A stretch of 64,000 nucleotides of DNA from the NCBI GenBank assembly GCA_027490575.1, contig JAIXXV010000032.1, positions 13,211 through 77,210 on the forward strand, written 5' to 3'. Positions 37,115-46,975 of this stretch are shown here, piece by piece. Within the stretch, counting starts at the first letter, position 1; every line of letters starts with the position of its first letter. Made by a program: the position numbers and the translations under genes. The notes beneath the pieces are model-generated. The model worked only from the letters and a program-made list of their open reading frames with translations, did not search any database and was not told the origin of the DNA. This DNA is from a bacterium (GTDB lineage Bacteria > Patescibacteriota > Minisyncoccia > Phycocordibacterales > CAIZLB01).

Positions 37115-37888
37115 TTAGATGGATTTACGTATATTACGACAATAACTCTCTCTATGCAAGTCAGATAATCCATGTTGTGATATAAGGCGCCGGTGAGACT
37201 CCGTACCGTACCCTTTGTGCTTTTCAAAGCCATATTTTCCGTATTCTGGATTATTCGCACATTTGGCCATATTTAGATCCCTTTTCACCTTTGCATAGAT
37301 AGAAGCAAATGATATGACCATCTCTTTTTCATCACCTTTTGTAAATGTTTCCTGGTTTTCGAAATCCGCCGGAGCTTTCAGTCCACCGTCGAGTAAAATG
37401 CAATATTCAGATTCAGTTGATCCAGTATCTCTCATGTGTTTTTGAAGACCGTCACCGATGCAACTTTTTATACACATACTTATACCTTGGTTATCAATTT
37501 GCCTAGCTGTTTTTGATAGGTAAATGAAACTTGCAGAGGAGCCTAGCTCTGCGTCCTTAAAAAATCTTGACCAAGATTCCCTCAGCGCTGATGAAAGTTT
37601 TTTTGAATCTTTTTCATACACATATGAGAGTTTATGCTTTTTAAGATTCTCTTTGTTTTTCTTTAAAAATTCTTTATATGAATTTGAGACATTCTTCACA
37701 AAGGGCATGAAGCAGATACCTACACCTACTGGACCTGCCAGAGGCCCTCTTCCTACCTCATCTATACCTACGAGCCACTTTGGTTTATGACTTTTCAGTG
37801 TGTTTTTTGGTGTACTTTTTCTCGCCCGTATTTGCACAGGTTTTTGCGCAGGTCTTTTCACGATCATTTGTTTAGCCATTAGTGTCAT
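37115..37888 (-). CDS. rnhB: Ribonuclease HII with a basic N-terminal extension
   Basis: LVGIDEVGRGPLAGPV matches the RNase HII catalytic motif. The first ~45 residues are Lys/Arg-rich. Confidence 0.8.
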   Translation of the reverse strand: MTLMAKQMIVKRPAQKPVQIRARKSTPKNTLKSHKPKWLVGIDEVGRGPLAGPVGVGICFMPFVKNVSNSYKEFLKKNKENLKKHKLSYVYEKDSKKLSSALRESWSRFFKDAELGSSASFIYLSKTARQIDNQGISMCIKSCIGDGLQKHMRDTGSTESEYCILLDGGLKAPADFENQETFTKGDEKEMVISFASIYAKVKRDLNMAKCANNPEYGKYGFEKHKGYGTESHRRLISQHGLSDLHRESYCRNIRKSI

Positions 37889-37962
37889 TATTTACCCATT
37901 ATACAACACACAAACCTTATCCACTTCTTTATGTTTCTTAATAAAAATTTTATAATAGCTTC

Positions 37963-40900
37963 ATGACTTCTAAGGACCCTATCGTTCCCGACAATGAAAC
38001 AGCAAAAAAGAGATTTGTGCACTTGCACACTCACACTCACTATAGTCTACTCCAAGCACTACCAAAGATCCCGGATTTGATAAAAAAAGCAAAAGAGTCA
38101 GGTATGGACGCATTGGCAATCACTGACAATGGAAACATGTATGCAACTATCGAGTTCGTAAAAGAAGTTGATGGGAAAGATATCAAACCAATCATCGGTG
38201 TAGACTTTTTCGTGGCAGTCAGAACAAGACATGACAAAGAGCCTCGCATAGACAATCGTAGTAAAAAACTTTTATTGTTGGCAAAAGATTCTGTTGGTTA
38301 TCAAAGTCTAAAGATGCTTGTGACTCGTTCAAACTTTGAAGGTTTCTATTATCGTCCACGTATTGATAAGGAACTTATAGAAGAGTACAAAGATGGTGTG
38401 ATTGCTATCATGCCGTCTTTCGGTGGTGAAGTCGCGTCTTTAGCTAGCACAGGTAACATAGATGAAGCCAAGAAAGTATTAGAATATTATAAAGAAGTAT
38501 ATGGTTCATCAAAAGACCCTAAAGAGAGTAACCTATTCATAGAAATCACAAAACATGATGATGTGGAAGATCATAAAGTGACTATGGAACGCATGATAGA
38601 GATTGCGAGAGACTGTGATGTACCTATAGTTGCTGCTCATAACATTTTCTATACAAATCCTGACGATAAAAAAGCACGTACGACCCTACTCTCAGTTCAG
38701 AAAAGCTTTTCAAGTGGCCCGGTTGAAGATGCTGAGGGAGATTTTTCATTTCAAAGTACAGATCAAATGCTTGAGCATTTCAAAGACTTACCTGAAGCTA
38801 TAGAAAACACTGGTATCATAGCTGACAGATGCAACCTTGAGATACCACTTGGAAACTGGGTTTTTCCAAAACTAGAAGTAAGTGATCATCATAAAAATTC
38901 TGAAAAACCATATGATGAGGAGTTGCGCGAAGTTGTATATAAAGGATTCGCCAGAAGAAAAGTAGAAAAAACTGAAGAAGTTATAAAGAGAGTTGAATAC
39001 GAATTGGAAGTTATACGAAATAAAGGTTATGCACCTTACTTCTTGGTGGTAGCCGACCTTCTAAGGTATGCAAAAGAAAATGGCATACTCTCAAATATTA
39101 GAGGATCTGTATCTGGTTCGATGGTGACTTACCTTTCTGGTATTACAAATATTGACCCTATTGAGTACGAAATACCATTTGAAAGATTCCTAAACCCCGA
39201 TCGTCCATCAGCTCCCGATATCGATATGGACTATGCCGATAACCGTAGAGATGAGATGGTGGAATACACAAGACAAAAATACGGTAGAGACAAAGTGGCA
39301 CAGATTGGAACTTTCGGTACGATGGCAGCCCGCGGATCAGTTAGAGATGTGACACGTGCACTTGGCTTTCCTATCTCACTTGGAGATCAAGTCGCCAAAC
39401 TTATACCTATGGGTAAGCAAGGTTTTCCTATGACTATAGAGTTAGCGCTTGCGACAGTTCCAGAGCTAGCTGACTTGTACAAAGAAAATGCTGATGTAAA
39501 GCAAGTGATAGACATGGCAAAAAAGATTGAAGGTTGTGCAAGACATATCTCTATCCACGCAGCAGGTGTAGTTATTTCCCCAACTGATATCACTGACTAT
39601 ACACCTTTGCAATACGACCCTAAAGGTGAGATGAAAATCATTACTCAATACGATATGTACTCTATCGAGGATGCAGGTCTTTTGAAGTTTGACTTCCTCG
39701 GCTTGAAAAACCTCTCTATCATCGCCGATGCCATAGAGATTGCCGAGGCTCGTAACAAAGATAAAAACTTGCACATTGATATAGACACGATACCTCTCGA
39801 TGATGTTAAGACTTTTGAAATGCTTCAGCGTGGTGAGACGGAAGACTTGTTCCAATTAAACGGCGATGGTATGACACGTTTCCTAAAAGAGCTAAAACCC
39901 AACTCTATCCACGACATCAATGCGATGGTGGCACTATATCGTCCCGGACCACTTCAGTTCATCCCAGACTATATCGAGAGAAAGCATGATCCGAAAAAGA
40001 TTCCTGACATGGACCCTGATGTTTATGAAATCTTGAAGAAAACTTTTGGTGTACTAGTGTATCAAGATGACCTTTTGATGATGGCGCACAAGCTAGCTGG
40101 ATATAGTTGGGGCGAAGTAGATAAGTTCCGTAAAGCTGTAGGAAAGAAGATTCCAGAGGAAATGGCAAAGCAGAGAGAGAAGTTTATCCAGGGCTGTATA
40201 GAACACAGTGGTTGGGACAAAAAGCGTGCAGAGGAAGTGTGGGTAAAGATAGAACCATTTGCATCATACGGTTTCAACAAAGCTCACTCTGTATCATACG
40301 GACGAGTTGCGTATATCACGGCATATCTAAAAGCCAACTATCCCGCTGAGTATATGAGTGCTGTACTTACTCATGAATCAGGTGACGTTGAAAAGATTGC
40401 AGTATCTGTACAGGATTGTAAAAGAATGAAGATAGAGGTATTGCCTCCAAATGTAAATGAGAGTTATGGAAACTTTGGTGTGGTCGAAGATAAGATAATA
40501 CGTTTTGGACTATACAGTGTGAAAAACTCTGGTGAAGGCATAGCGGATGCGATTATCGCTGAGCGTAAGAAAAATGGAAAATATAAAACTCTTGAAGATT
40601 TTCTAAAGAGAGTTAAGGACCGAAACCTCAACAAGAAGTCTATGGAATCTTTGATCAAGGCTGGTGCTTTTGATGAGTTTGGAGACAGAGGAATCCTACT
40701 TGCCAACCTCCCTGACCTTCTCGAATACAACAAGGAACTTGCAAAGATGCCAGAAAACCAAGATTCACTCTTTGGCGCATTTGGCATGGATGACTCCGAC
40801 GGCTTGAGTACAGATGCAAATCATCTAAAACTTCAAGATGCACAGCCCGCCGATCCTACAGAAAAACTTCTTTGGGAAAAAGAGCTTCTCGGTTTGTACA

Positions 40901-41517
40901 TCTCAGGTCACCCTCTCGACAAACATCGCGCAACTTTGGACCAGCGTGAGCACAACATCGCTCGAGTAAAGCGAATGATTATGGAAGACGCTGAAGCCTT
41001 TGAGGCAAAGCAACAACGCGATGCTGAAAAAGCAGCTTTCCGACTGGCTCAAATGATACAGTATCGAAAAGAGCGAGGTCTACCTATAGAAGACATGGAC
41101 ATTGATGCAAGTGATGATGGAAAGTTGGCAGCGAGCGCTGGTAACAACGGTGTTGCGGAGGCAAACGGATCGGCGGAAAAAGGTAATGAACCAAAACCAA
41201 CAAAACCTGCTAAAAAAATGACACGTGAAGAAATACGAAAACAACAAGAAGCATCTCGTCCGAAAGAAAGAGTCTTGGTTATTGCAGGTATCATTGAATC
41301 AGTAAAAGAAATCCCTACCAAAAAAGATCCTACTCAAAAAATGATGTTCCTAAACGTCGCCGACTTCACTGGTTCTATAGAAGTAGTGGTCTTTCCAAAA
41401 TCATATGAACTCCATAAAGCCATGTTAAAACCTGATGCATGTGTAGCCATAAAAGGCAGGACTTCTAGTAGAAATGGTACACCGAGTTTGATGTTGGAGA
41501 ATATTAAGGTTTTGTAA
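37963..41517 (+). CDS. dnaE: DNA polymerase III alpha subunit (DnaE type)
   Basis: PHP domain FVHLHTHTHYSLLQA, a polymerase core and a C-terminal OB region; 1184 aa. Confidence 0.9.
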   Translation: MTSKDPIVPDNETAKKRFVHLHTHTHYSLLQALPKIPDLIKKAKESGMDALAITDNGNMYATIEFVKEVDGKDIKPIIGVDFFVAVRTRHDKEPRIDNRSKKLLLLAKDSVGYQSLKMLVTRSNFEGFYYRPRIDKELIEEYKDGVIAIMPSFGGEVASLASTGNIDEAKKVLEYYKEVYGSSKDPKESNLFIEITKHDDVEDHKVTMERMIEIARDCDVPIVAAHNIFYTNPDDKKARTTLLSVQKSFSSGPVEDAEGDFSFQSTDQMLEHFKDLPEAIENTGIIADRCNLEIPLGNWVFPKLEVSDHHKNSEKPYDEELREVVYKGFARRKVEKTEEVIKRVEYELEVIRNKGYAPYFLVVADLLRYAKENGILSNIRGSVSGSMVTYLSGITNIDPIEYEIPFERFLNPDRPSAPDIDMDYADNRRDEMVEYTRQKYGRDKVAQIGTFGTMAARGSVRDVTRALGFPISLGDQVAKLIPMGKQGFPMTIELALATVPELADLYKENADVKQVIDMAKKIEGCARHISIHAAGVVISPTDITDYTPLQYDPKGEMKIITQYDMYSIEDAGLLKFDFLGLKNLSIIADAIEIAEARNKDKNLHIDIDTIPLDDVKTFEMLQRGETEDLFQLNGDGMTRFLKELKPNSIHDINAMVALYRPGPLQFIPDYIERKHDPKKIPDMDPDVYEILKKTFGVLVYQDDLLMMAHKLAGYSWGEVDKFRKAVGKKIPEEMAKQREKFIQGCIEHSGWDKKRAEEVWVKIEPFASYGFNKAHSVSYGRVAYITAYLKANYPAEYMSAVLTHESGDVEKIAVSVQDCKRMKIEVLPPNVNESYGNFGVVEDKIIRFGLYSVKNSGEGIADAIIAERKKNGKYKTLEDFLKRVKDRNLNKKSMESLIKAGAFDEFGDRGILLANLPDLLEYNKELAKMPENQDSLFGAFGMDDSDGLSTDANHLKLQDAQPADPTEKLLWEKELLGLYISGHPLDKHRATLDQREHNIARVKRMIMEDAEAFEAKQQRDAEKAAFRLAQMIQYRKERGLPIEDMDIDASDDGKLAASAGNNGVAEANGSAEKGNEPKPTKPAKKMTREEIRKQQEASRPKERVLVIAGIIESVKEIPTKKDPTQKMMFLNVADFTGSIEVVVFPKSYELHKAMLKPDACVAIKGRTSSRNGTPSLMLENIKVL

Positions 41518-41563
41518 TGAAAACACCCTCCCAAAACCCCAAAAATCTGCTATCATAGACACC

Positions 41564-43405
41564 ATGAATAAAGATAACCAAGAAGCGCAAAGCGCTCAAA
41601 ACATAGAACATATTCGCCATTCCCTAGCCCACCTATTGGCGACGGCGACCTTGGAAATCTTTCCTGACACTCTTTTGACTATAGGCCCTGCCGTGGACGA
41701 TGGATTCTACTATGATATGGATTTTCAAAAACCTCTTGTTGAGAGTGACCTAAAAAGTATAGAGGAAAAGATGGGGGATATTTTGAAACAATGGTCTAAA
41801 CTACCCGATGGAGAAAGAGGTTTCAGACACAAGGAGGTTTCAGTCGATGAGGCTCGAGCACTTTTTGCCAACAACCATTACAAGCTAGAGCTTATAGAAG
41901 ACATCGCCAAAAAAGGTGAAGCTATCACTTTATATACATGTGGTCACAGTATAGATACTTCTGCGCAACCAACGCATCCTAAAAATCACATTCCCGAATT
42001 TACAGACTTATGCCGTGGAGGACATGTTGAAGACTTGTCAGAGATTGATCCAAAATCATTTAAGCTAACTCGTATTGCAGGAGCATACTGGCGAGGTGAT
42101 GAAAAGAACAAGATGTTAACTAGAGTTTACGGTATTGCTTTTGGAAGTAAAGACGAACTTCAAGCGTATATAACTCAACAAGAAGAAGCTAAAAAGAGAG
42201 ATCATAGAAAACTCGGACGCGAACTAAAACTTTTCACTATATCTGATCTTGTAGGATCTGGCCTTCCCCTTTTCCAACCAAAAGGTACAGTGCTCAGAAA
42301 AGCACTTGAGGATTATCTATGGGAACTACATGAACCTAGAGGCTACAGCAGAGTATGGACACCTCACCTTGCAAAAGCTGACCTATATATGACATCAGGT
42401 CACGGTATGCACTATCTTGCGGATATGTTCTCAGTACATGGTGGTACTAGTAAAGAAGACTTCTATGTAAAACCTATGAACTGTCCTCACCACATGCAGT
42501 TGTTTGCTGACAATCAGTTTTCATACAGAGATATGCCTGTAAGATACTTCGAACCTGCTACAGTATATAGAGACGAAAAAACGGGACAACTAGGAGGTCT
42601 TACTCGTGTGCGTTCAATCACCCAAGACGATGGCCACCTTTTCTGCAGAGTATCTCAACTTCACGAAGAAGCGTCTAGTATAGTTGATATCATTAAAACT
42701 TTTTATGGGACTATGGGAATGCTCGATGGTTACAAAGTCCGTCTATCACTACGAGGCGACGACAAAGAAAACTATTTAGGGAGCGATGCGGTTTGGGAAA
42801 CAGCTGAAAACGCACTGACTGAAGTATGTAAAAGCAAAGACCTTCCTTATTTCGAAGGTAAAGGTGAGGCGGCTTTCTACGGACCAAAGCTAGACTTCAT
42901 GTTCAAAGATGCTATCGGCCGTGAGCACCAACTGGCAACTGTACAGTGTGATTTCAACTTACCTGAGAGGTTCGATTTGTCATTTGTTAACGAGAAAGGC
43001 GAAAAAGAAAGACCTGTCGTTATCCACCGAGCAATATCAGGTTCACTAGAGAGATTCTTAGGAGTAATGATAGAGCACTTTGCAGGAGCATTCCCACTTT
43101 GGATGTCACCCGTTCAAACAAAAGTCGTACCTATTGGCGAAAGACAATTTGAGTATGCACAAGAAGTTCAACAGCAACTGCGTGCGAAAGGTATCAGATC
43201 AGAAGTAGATCTGTCTGGAGACTCATTAGGTAAAAAAATCCGTAATGCAAAAACTGAAAAAATTCCATATGTACTCGTACTAGGAGACAAAGAGGTTGAA
43301 ACAAAAACTGTGACTATCGAAAGTAGAACTGGCAATGAAGGTGCTGTTTCTGTTGAAGACTTTTTGGTGAGATTGAAGAGTGAGATTGATGGCAGGGAGT
43401 TATAA
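41564..43405 (+). CDS. thrS: Threonyl-tRNA synthetase (N-terminal TGS domain absent)
   Basis: Editing domain HSLAHLLA and a class-II core (RDHRKLGREL, FRxE-like VYRDEKTGQLGGLTRVR, GREHQLATVQCDF), plus an anticodon-binding domain. Confidence 0.9.
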   Translation: MNKDNQEAQSAQNIEHIRHSLAHLLATATLEIFPDTLLTIGPAVDDGFYYDMDFQKPLVESDLKSIEEKMGDILKQWSKLPDGERGFRHKEVSVDEARALFANNHYKLELIEDIAKKGEAITLYTCGHSIDTSAQPTHPKNHIPEFTDLCRGGHVEDLSEIDPKSFKLTRIAGAYWRGDEKNKMLTRVYGIAFGSKDELQAYITQQEEAKKRDHRKLGRELKLFTISDLVGSGLPLFQPKGTVLRKALEDYLWELHEPRGYSRVWTPHLAKADLYMTSGHGMHYLADMFSVHGGTSKEDFYVKPMNCPHHMQLFADNQFSYRDMPVRYFEPATVYRDEKTGQLGGLTRVRSITQDDGHLFCRVSQLHEEASSIVDIIKTFYGTMGMLDGYKVRLSLRGDDKENYLGSDAVWETAENALTEVCKSKDLPYFEGKGEAAFYGPKLDFMFKDAIGREHQLATVQCDFNLPERFDLSFVNEKGEKERPVVIHRAISGSLERFLGVMIEHFAGAFPLWMSPVQTKVVPIGERQFEYAQEVQQQLRAKGIRSEVDLSGDSLGKKIRNAKTEKIPYVLVLGDKEVETKTVTIESRTGNEGAVSVEDFLVRLKSEIDGREL

Positions 43406-43488
43406 TTAGGAACTAACAATTGAAAATTGTCGATTGACACAAAGTCTGTCCGTGATAAAATACAATCACAATGGACTACAAAATGTAG

Positions 43489-43926
43489 TCAGTCGAGGAA
43501 GCCATCTCTAGTAAATAGAGATGGCTTTCGATCTTTTAGGGCTGCTATTATAAGGTTCTTGATATTTTTAAAGTCTAGGTTTGAAATCCTACTTATATTA
43601 TTAACTTGCCTAAGAAATCTCTTTGAGCTCATCATCTTAATCTGTGATATCAGAACAGTATAAGGTTTATTATCAATGTGAATCCTGTAATCAAATATTC
43701 CGAGATTAGTTTTTGAGGACAAAGGTAAAACCCAAGCCATATTTTTGCTAAACTTCCTAAGGATTAATATCGGCCACTCAAAGTTTTGATTTTTTCCATC
43801 TTGTTCATGGCCAACATTCAAACCAATGGAAGACCACCAAATTTCTCTTTCTCTAAAAAAAATCAGGGAGTCATCTCTCTGATTAATTACTGACTTTAAA
43901 TCACCCCAATCTGAAAAATCCTTCAT
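43489..43926 (-). CDS. Hypothetical protein, possibly a solitary MazF/PemK-like toxin
   Basis: RPILILRKF...WVLPLSSK...TVLISQIKMMSSKRF...ISNLDFKNIKNLIIAALK loosely follows the PemK/MazF beta-barrel pattern (RPavVlS...v.PlTs...tvvl.dQiRtid..Rl......l....i..i..al). No adjacent antitoxin ORF. Confidence 0.35.
   Translation of the reverse strand: MKDFSDWGDLKSVINQRDDSLIFFREREIWWSSIGLNVGHEQDGKNQNFEWPILILRKFSKNMAWVLPLSSKTNLGIFDYRIHIDNKPYTVLISQIKMMSSKRFLRQVNNISRISNLDFKNIKNLIIAALKDRKPSLFTRDGFLD
43499..43525. terminator. Hairpin (bidirectional terminator candidate) after thrS, overlapping the last codons of the minus-strand ORF
   Basis: GCCATCTCTAgtaaaTAGAGATGGC followed by a T-rich tract. Confidence 0.4.
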
Positions 43927-43983
43927 GTATACAATTTAGCACTTAAACACTTAAGAAATATTAAATTTTTTATAAATTAAACA

Positions 43984-44727
43984 TTGATGTATAGTTACAG
44001 GACCAAAGCAATGACACCCTTAAACCTCGACATATCATGGAAAAACCCTCTCTCTGCCGAACTACAAAAGCCCTATTTCATAGATCTTATGAAAGTTGTA
44101 GATGACCTGTACGAACAAAACCCAGACAGTGTATTCCCCTCCCACCAAAACCTATTTAAGGCTTTTGAGGAGTGCTCATTTGATAATGTGAAAGTGGTAA
44201 TACTTGGCCAAGACCCATATCACCGCACTGACAGCAAAGGAGCGCCTCAGGCAACAGGTCTAGCATTTGCTGTGCCCTGCGACCAAAAGCTACCGCCATC
44301 TCTTAAGAATATCTTTAAGGAAATTTCATCTGACTTGTGCATAGACACTAGCGACAACACCAAAAACCAGACTAATGGTGACCTAACTCGCTGGGCAAAG
44401 CAAGGGGTGCTTTTGCTAAACTCCACACTGGCTGTCGAGCATGCGAAGCCTGGTTCACATTATGGATATGGTTGGGAAACATTTACAGACTCAGTCATAA
44501 AAGTACTTTCAGACCAAAGAGAAAACTTAGTCTTTATGCTTTGGGGAAATTATGCAAGGGAAAAGTCACAGCTTATAGACAAAACAAAGCACCTAGTCCT
44601 AGAGTCATCTCATCCATCTCCTTTCTCGGCACATAACAAGATAGATGGATTTATCGGATGCAAGCATTTCAGTAAAGCAAATGATTATCTGGTACAGCAC
44701 GGCAAGCGAATTATAGACTGGCGCTAG
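43984..44727 (+). CDS. ung: Uracil-DNA glycosylase (family 1)
   Basis: VVILGQDPYH, GLAFAV/GVLLLN and HPSPFSA are UNG family motifs. Confidence 0.85.
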   Translation: MMYSYRTKAMTPLNLDISWKNPLSAELQKPYFIDLMKVVDDLYEQNPDSVFPSHQNLFKAFEECSFDNVKVVILGQDPYHRTDSKGAPQATGLAFAVPCDQKLPPSLKNIFKEISSDLCIDTSDNTKNQTNGDLTRWAKQGVLLLNSTLAVEHAKPGSHYGYGWETFTDSVIKVLSDQRENLVFMLWGNYAREKSQLIDKTKHLVLESSHPSPFSAHNKIDGFIGCKHFSKANDYLVQHGKRIIDWR

Positions 44728-44817
44728 AACAAAACACGAATCACTACACGCACAAAAAGACCGCACACAAGGCGCGGTCTTTTGTTTGAAAATTGTAGAT
44801 ATTTTCTCAGCAGATTA

Positions 44818-46161
44818 TTAACCGATAATCCCCTTTTTCAACATGTTTTGTCTTTTGAATTCAGCAATTCTATTGTCGATACTTGGTTTGTTGTATTTGT
44901 AGAATGCATAACCAGCGATCGAACTCCACAGTATCATTGCCAATGTTATAACTATCATCTTTGGACCAAAGTCTATACCTGTTGCAGGTACTTGGTTTAG
45001 GAATACTCCAGATACAGGTACACCAGTTACAGGTGTTTGATCTCTGATAACTGTTACGTTAGAAGCTACAGTGTTTGCAAAGATGGTTGTAGCACAAGTA
45101 GCGCTTACACTTTGACCATTTACAAATGCAGTAACACTCGCTGTCTTGTATCCAGGTATGTTGTAAGATCTAGTTAACTGAGCAGAATTTCCGAAAAGTC
45201 CATCAGTTCCTGACCAGTTGTATGAAGTTGCACCCCAGATATTTCCATTTACATACATAGTCCATGTAACGTTTTGGTTTATGAATGCAGTTGCAGGTGT
45301 AGCTACACAGTAAGCTCCGATAGGATTTACAGGTGGTACATAAGTGTCTTGTATAAGAACATTACATGATCTAGTGATTGATTGATTACCAGATGTGATA
45401 GTTACATAAGCTGTCTTGTATCCAAGTGATGCAAATCTTCCCGTAAATGATTGACCTGATGCACTTATACCATCACTTCCTGACCATACGTATGTGTAGT
45501 TTCCAGAACCTCCAGAAGCAGTTGCCATGAAAGTTAGGTTTTGATTAACAAATGCAGTTGAAGGACTAATGATACAGTTACCATTTAGAGTAGGTTCGGA
45601 AGGAGTGTTTGTATTTGAACCACCGCCACCTAGTACAACTAGACTGATGTTGTTGTTGTTTACAGGGTTAAATGTGTTTGAGTTGTTGTTTGTTGCACTA
45701 GCTGTACTGTTGTTTGTGTTAGTGTTTGTATTTCTGTTGGTATTTGTGTTTGTATTAGTATTTGAAGTATATACATACGAAAGCTGAGGGGCAGGTGTAA
45801 ATCCAAAACCTCCTCCACCACCTACATTGTTGTAGACATATCTTTGAGCTGGGGCCGCAACGAATCCTCCACCTACACGGTTTTGAACAGGTTGTACGTA
45901 TCTTTGCGTAGGGGCTGAAAATACAGGGTTTGAATATGTTGTATTCAATCTATATCCTGAAGAAGGACTTGAGTATACAGGGTTAGAGTAAGTTGTATTC
46001 AATCTATACCCAGAACCCGTTGTTCCAACACCTGACAAGCCAGAGCTTGTTTTAGATGCAAAAGTAACTCCTGGAAACAGCGTCACAGAAGAGACCAAAA
46101 TGGCTAGAAATATGAATTTCCCCGCTTTTTGTAGACTTTTTATATTTGTAATTGTTTTCAT
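44818..46161 (-). CDS. Secreted surface protein with an NT-repeat low-complexity linker, two Ig-like repeats and the C-terminal module PVSGVFLNQVPATG + TM + charged tail (candidate sortase substrate)
   Basis: Signal peptide (FIFLAILVSSVTLFPGVTFA), a TNTNTNTNRNTNTNTN linker, and two ~90-aa repeats (YTYVWSGSDGISASGQ... and SYNWSGTDGLFGNSAQ...). The C-terminal motif is shared with ORF 62616-63764. Confidence 0.6.
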   Translation of the reverse strand: MKTITNIKSLQKAGKFIFLAILVSSVTLFPGVTFASKTSSGLSGVGTTGSGYRLNTTYSNPVYSSPSSGYRLNTTYSNPVFSAPTQRYVQPVQNRVGGGFVAAPAQRYVYNNVGGGGGFGFTPAPQLSYVYTSNTNTNTNTNRNTNTNTNNSTASATNNNSNTFNPVNNNNISLVVLGGGGSNTNTPSEPTLNGNCIISPSTAFVNQNLTFMATASGGSGNYTYVWSGSDGISASGQSFTGRFASLGYKTAYVTITSGNQSITRSCNVLIQDTYVPPVNPIGAYCVATPATAFINQNVTWTMYVNGNIWGATSYNWSGTDGLFGNSAQLTRSYNIPGYKTASVTAFVNGQSVSATCATTIFANTVASNVTVIRDQTPVTGVPVSGVFLNQVPATGIDFGPKMIVITLAMILWSSIAGYAFYKYNKPSIDNRIAEFKRQNMLKKGIIG

Positions 46162-46202
46162 AATGTCAAAACTATATATTATATTTAAATAAAGTCAAGT
46201 AA

Positions 46203-46228
46203 AAAGGCCGACGTCCTGGGACGCCGAC
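46203..46228 (-). terminator. Intrinsic terminator (minus strand)
   Basis: GGCCGACGTCCtggGACGCCGACC hairpin (two mismatches), with a T-run on the minus strand. Confidence 0.45.
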
Positions 46229-46250
46229 CTTGTTGCTCTTTTTGTTTTTT

Positions 46251-46817
46251 TCACCTTCGTGCATCGGGAGGTGGTTGGTAGAGCGAACCAACCGTCCTGC
46301 CTGCCTGTGGAATCATCTGCGGAGGTCCATTTTGACCCTGAAGGTCACCGGGTGCGTAGATCATGCCAGTGGCATGATCCATGAACCATGGTTTGGAATC
46401 GTCCAGTGTCACCTTACTTTCGCGAGGAGCTCCGTGGGTCCTTTGGAACTCACGGAGTTGCTCGTCGTTGAAGTGATGGACGGTGCCGTCGTCCATAGTG
46501 ACGGTGTGTGTACGCGTAGCATAGCCGAGCAGACGTCTACCGTCTGGCATAGCCTGGCCGACATGATTGTCGGCTGAGCCTTGGACCACTTGTCCATGGC
46601 CCCACTGGTGATTTGGAGGTTGACCTCCGTTTTCTACAGTTTGACCATTGAATGCCATGGGCGCTTGACCCATAACCACCCCAGGTTGTTGGACAACTTG
46701 GCGCCGCTGTGGAACAGCAATGCAAGAGACGAAGCTGATCATGGTGACCAGTGCCAATACTAACAATTTCACTTTTTTCATGATAATGAACGATTTTAGG
46801 GTTTGCTGAATGTACAC
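46251..46817 (-). CDS. Hypothetical secreted/lipoprotein (signal peptide plus Cys), Pro/Gly/Gln-rich, high-GC gene
   Basis: Begins MKKVKLLVLALVTMISFVSCIA. GC is ~55% against a ~38% background. Confidence 0.5.
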   Translation of the reverse strand: MYIQQTLKSFIIMKKVKLLVLALVTMISFVSCIAVPQRRQVVQQPGVVMGQAPMAFNGQTVENGGQPPNHQWGHGQVVQGSADNHVGQAMPDGRRLLGYATRTHTVTMDDGTVHHFNDEQLREFQRTHGAPRESKVTLDDSKPWFMDHATGMIYAPGDLQGQNGPPQMIPQAGRTVGSLYQPPPDARR

Positions 46818-46975
46818 TTTCGGTGCTTTACCGTGTGTAGTTGACTAGTATAATAGTATATTATGTCATATTTGTCAATAGTAATAATTGACTTTTATTA
46901 AAAATAGTGATATTAATATAAGCAGACAGATTCATTCTGAAATACCCTCAACCCAAAAATCCAAGACAAAACGAG

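Noticed and set aside
45569-45787. Antisense ORFs inside large genes (45569-45787 in the surface protein, 7478-8005 in ftsZ, 12985-13647 in nhaP, 52952-53215 in gyrB, and similar)
   Set aside because: Each is fully embedded antisense in a well-supported gene with a strong family signature, and the translations are low-complexity with no motifs.
46230-46577. Plus-strand 115-aa ORF overlapping the high-GC lipoprotein gene
   Set aside because: The minus-strand ORF has a proper signal peptide/lipobox and a terminator. The plus-strand ORF is a high-GC frame artefact.
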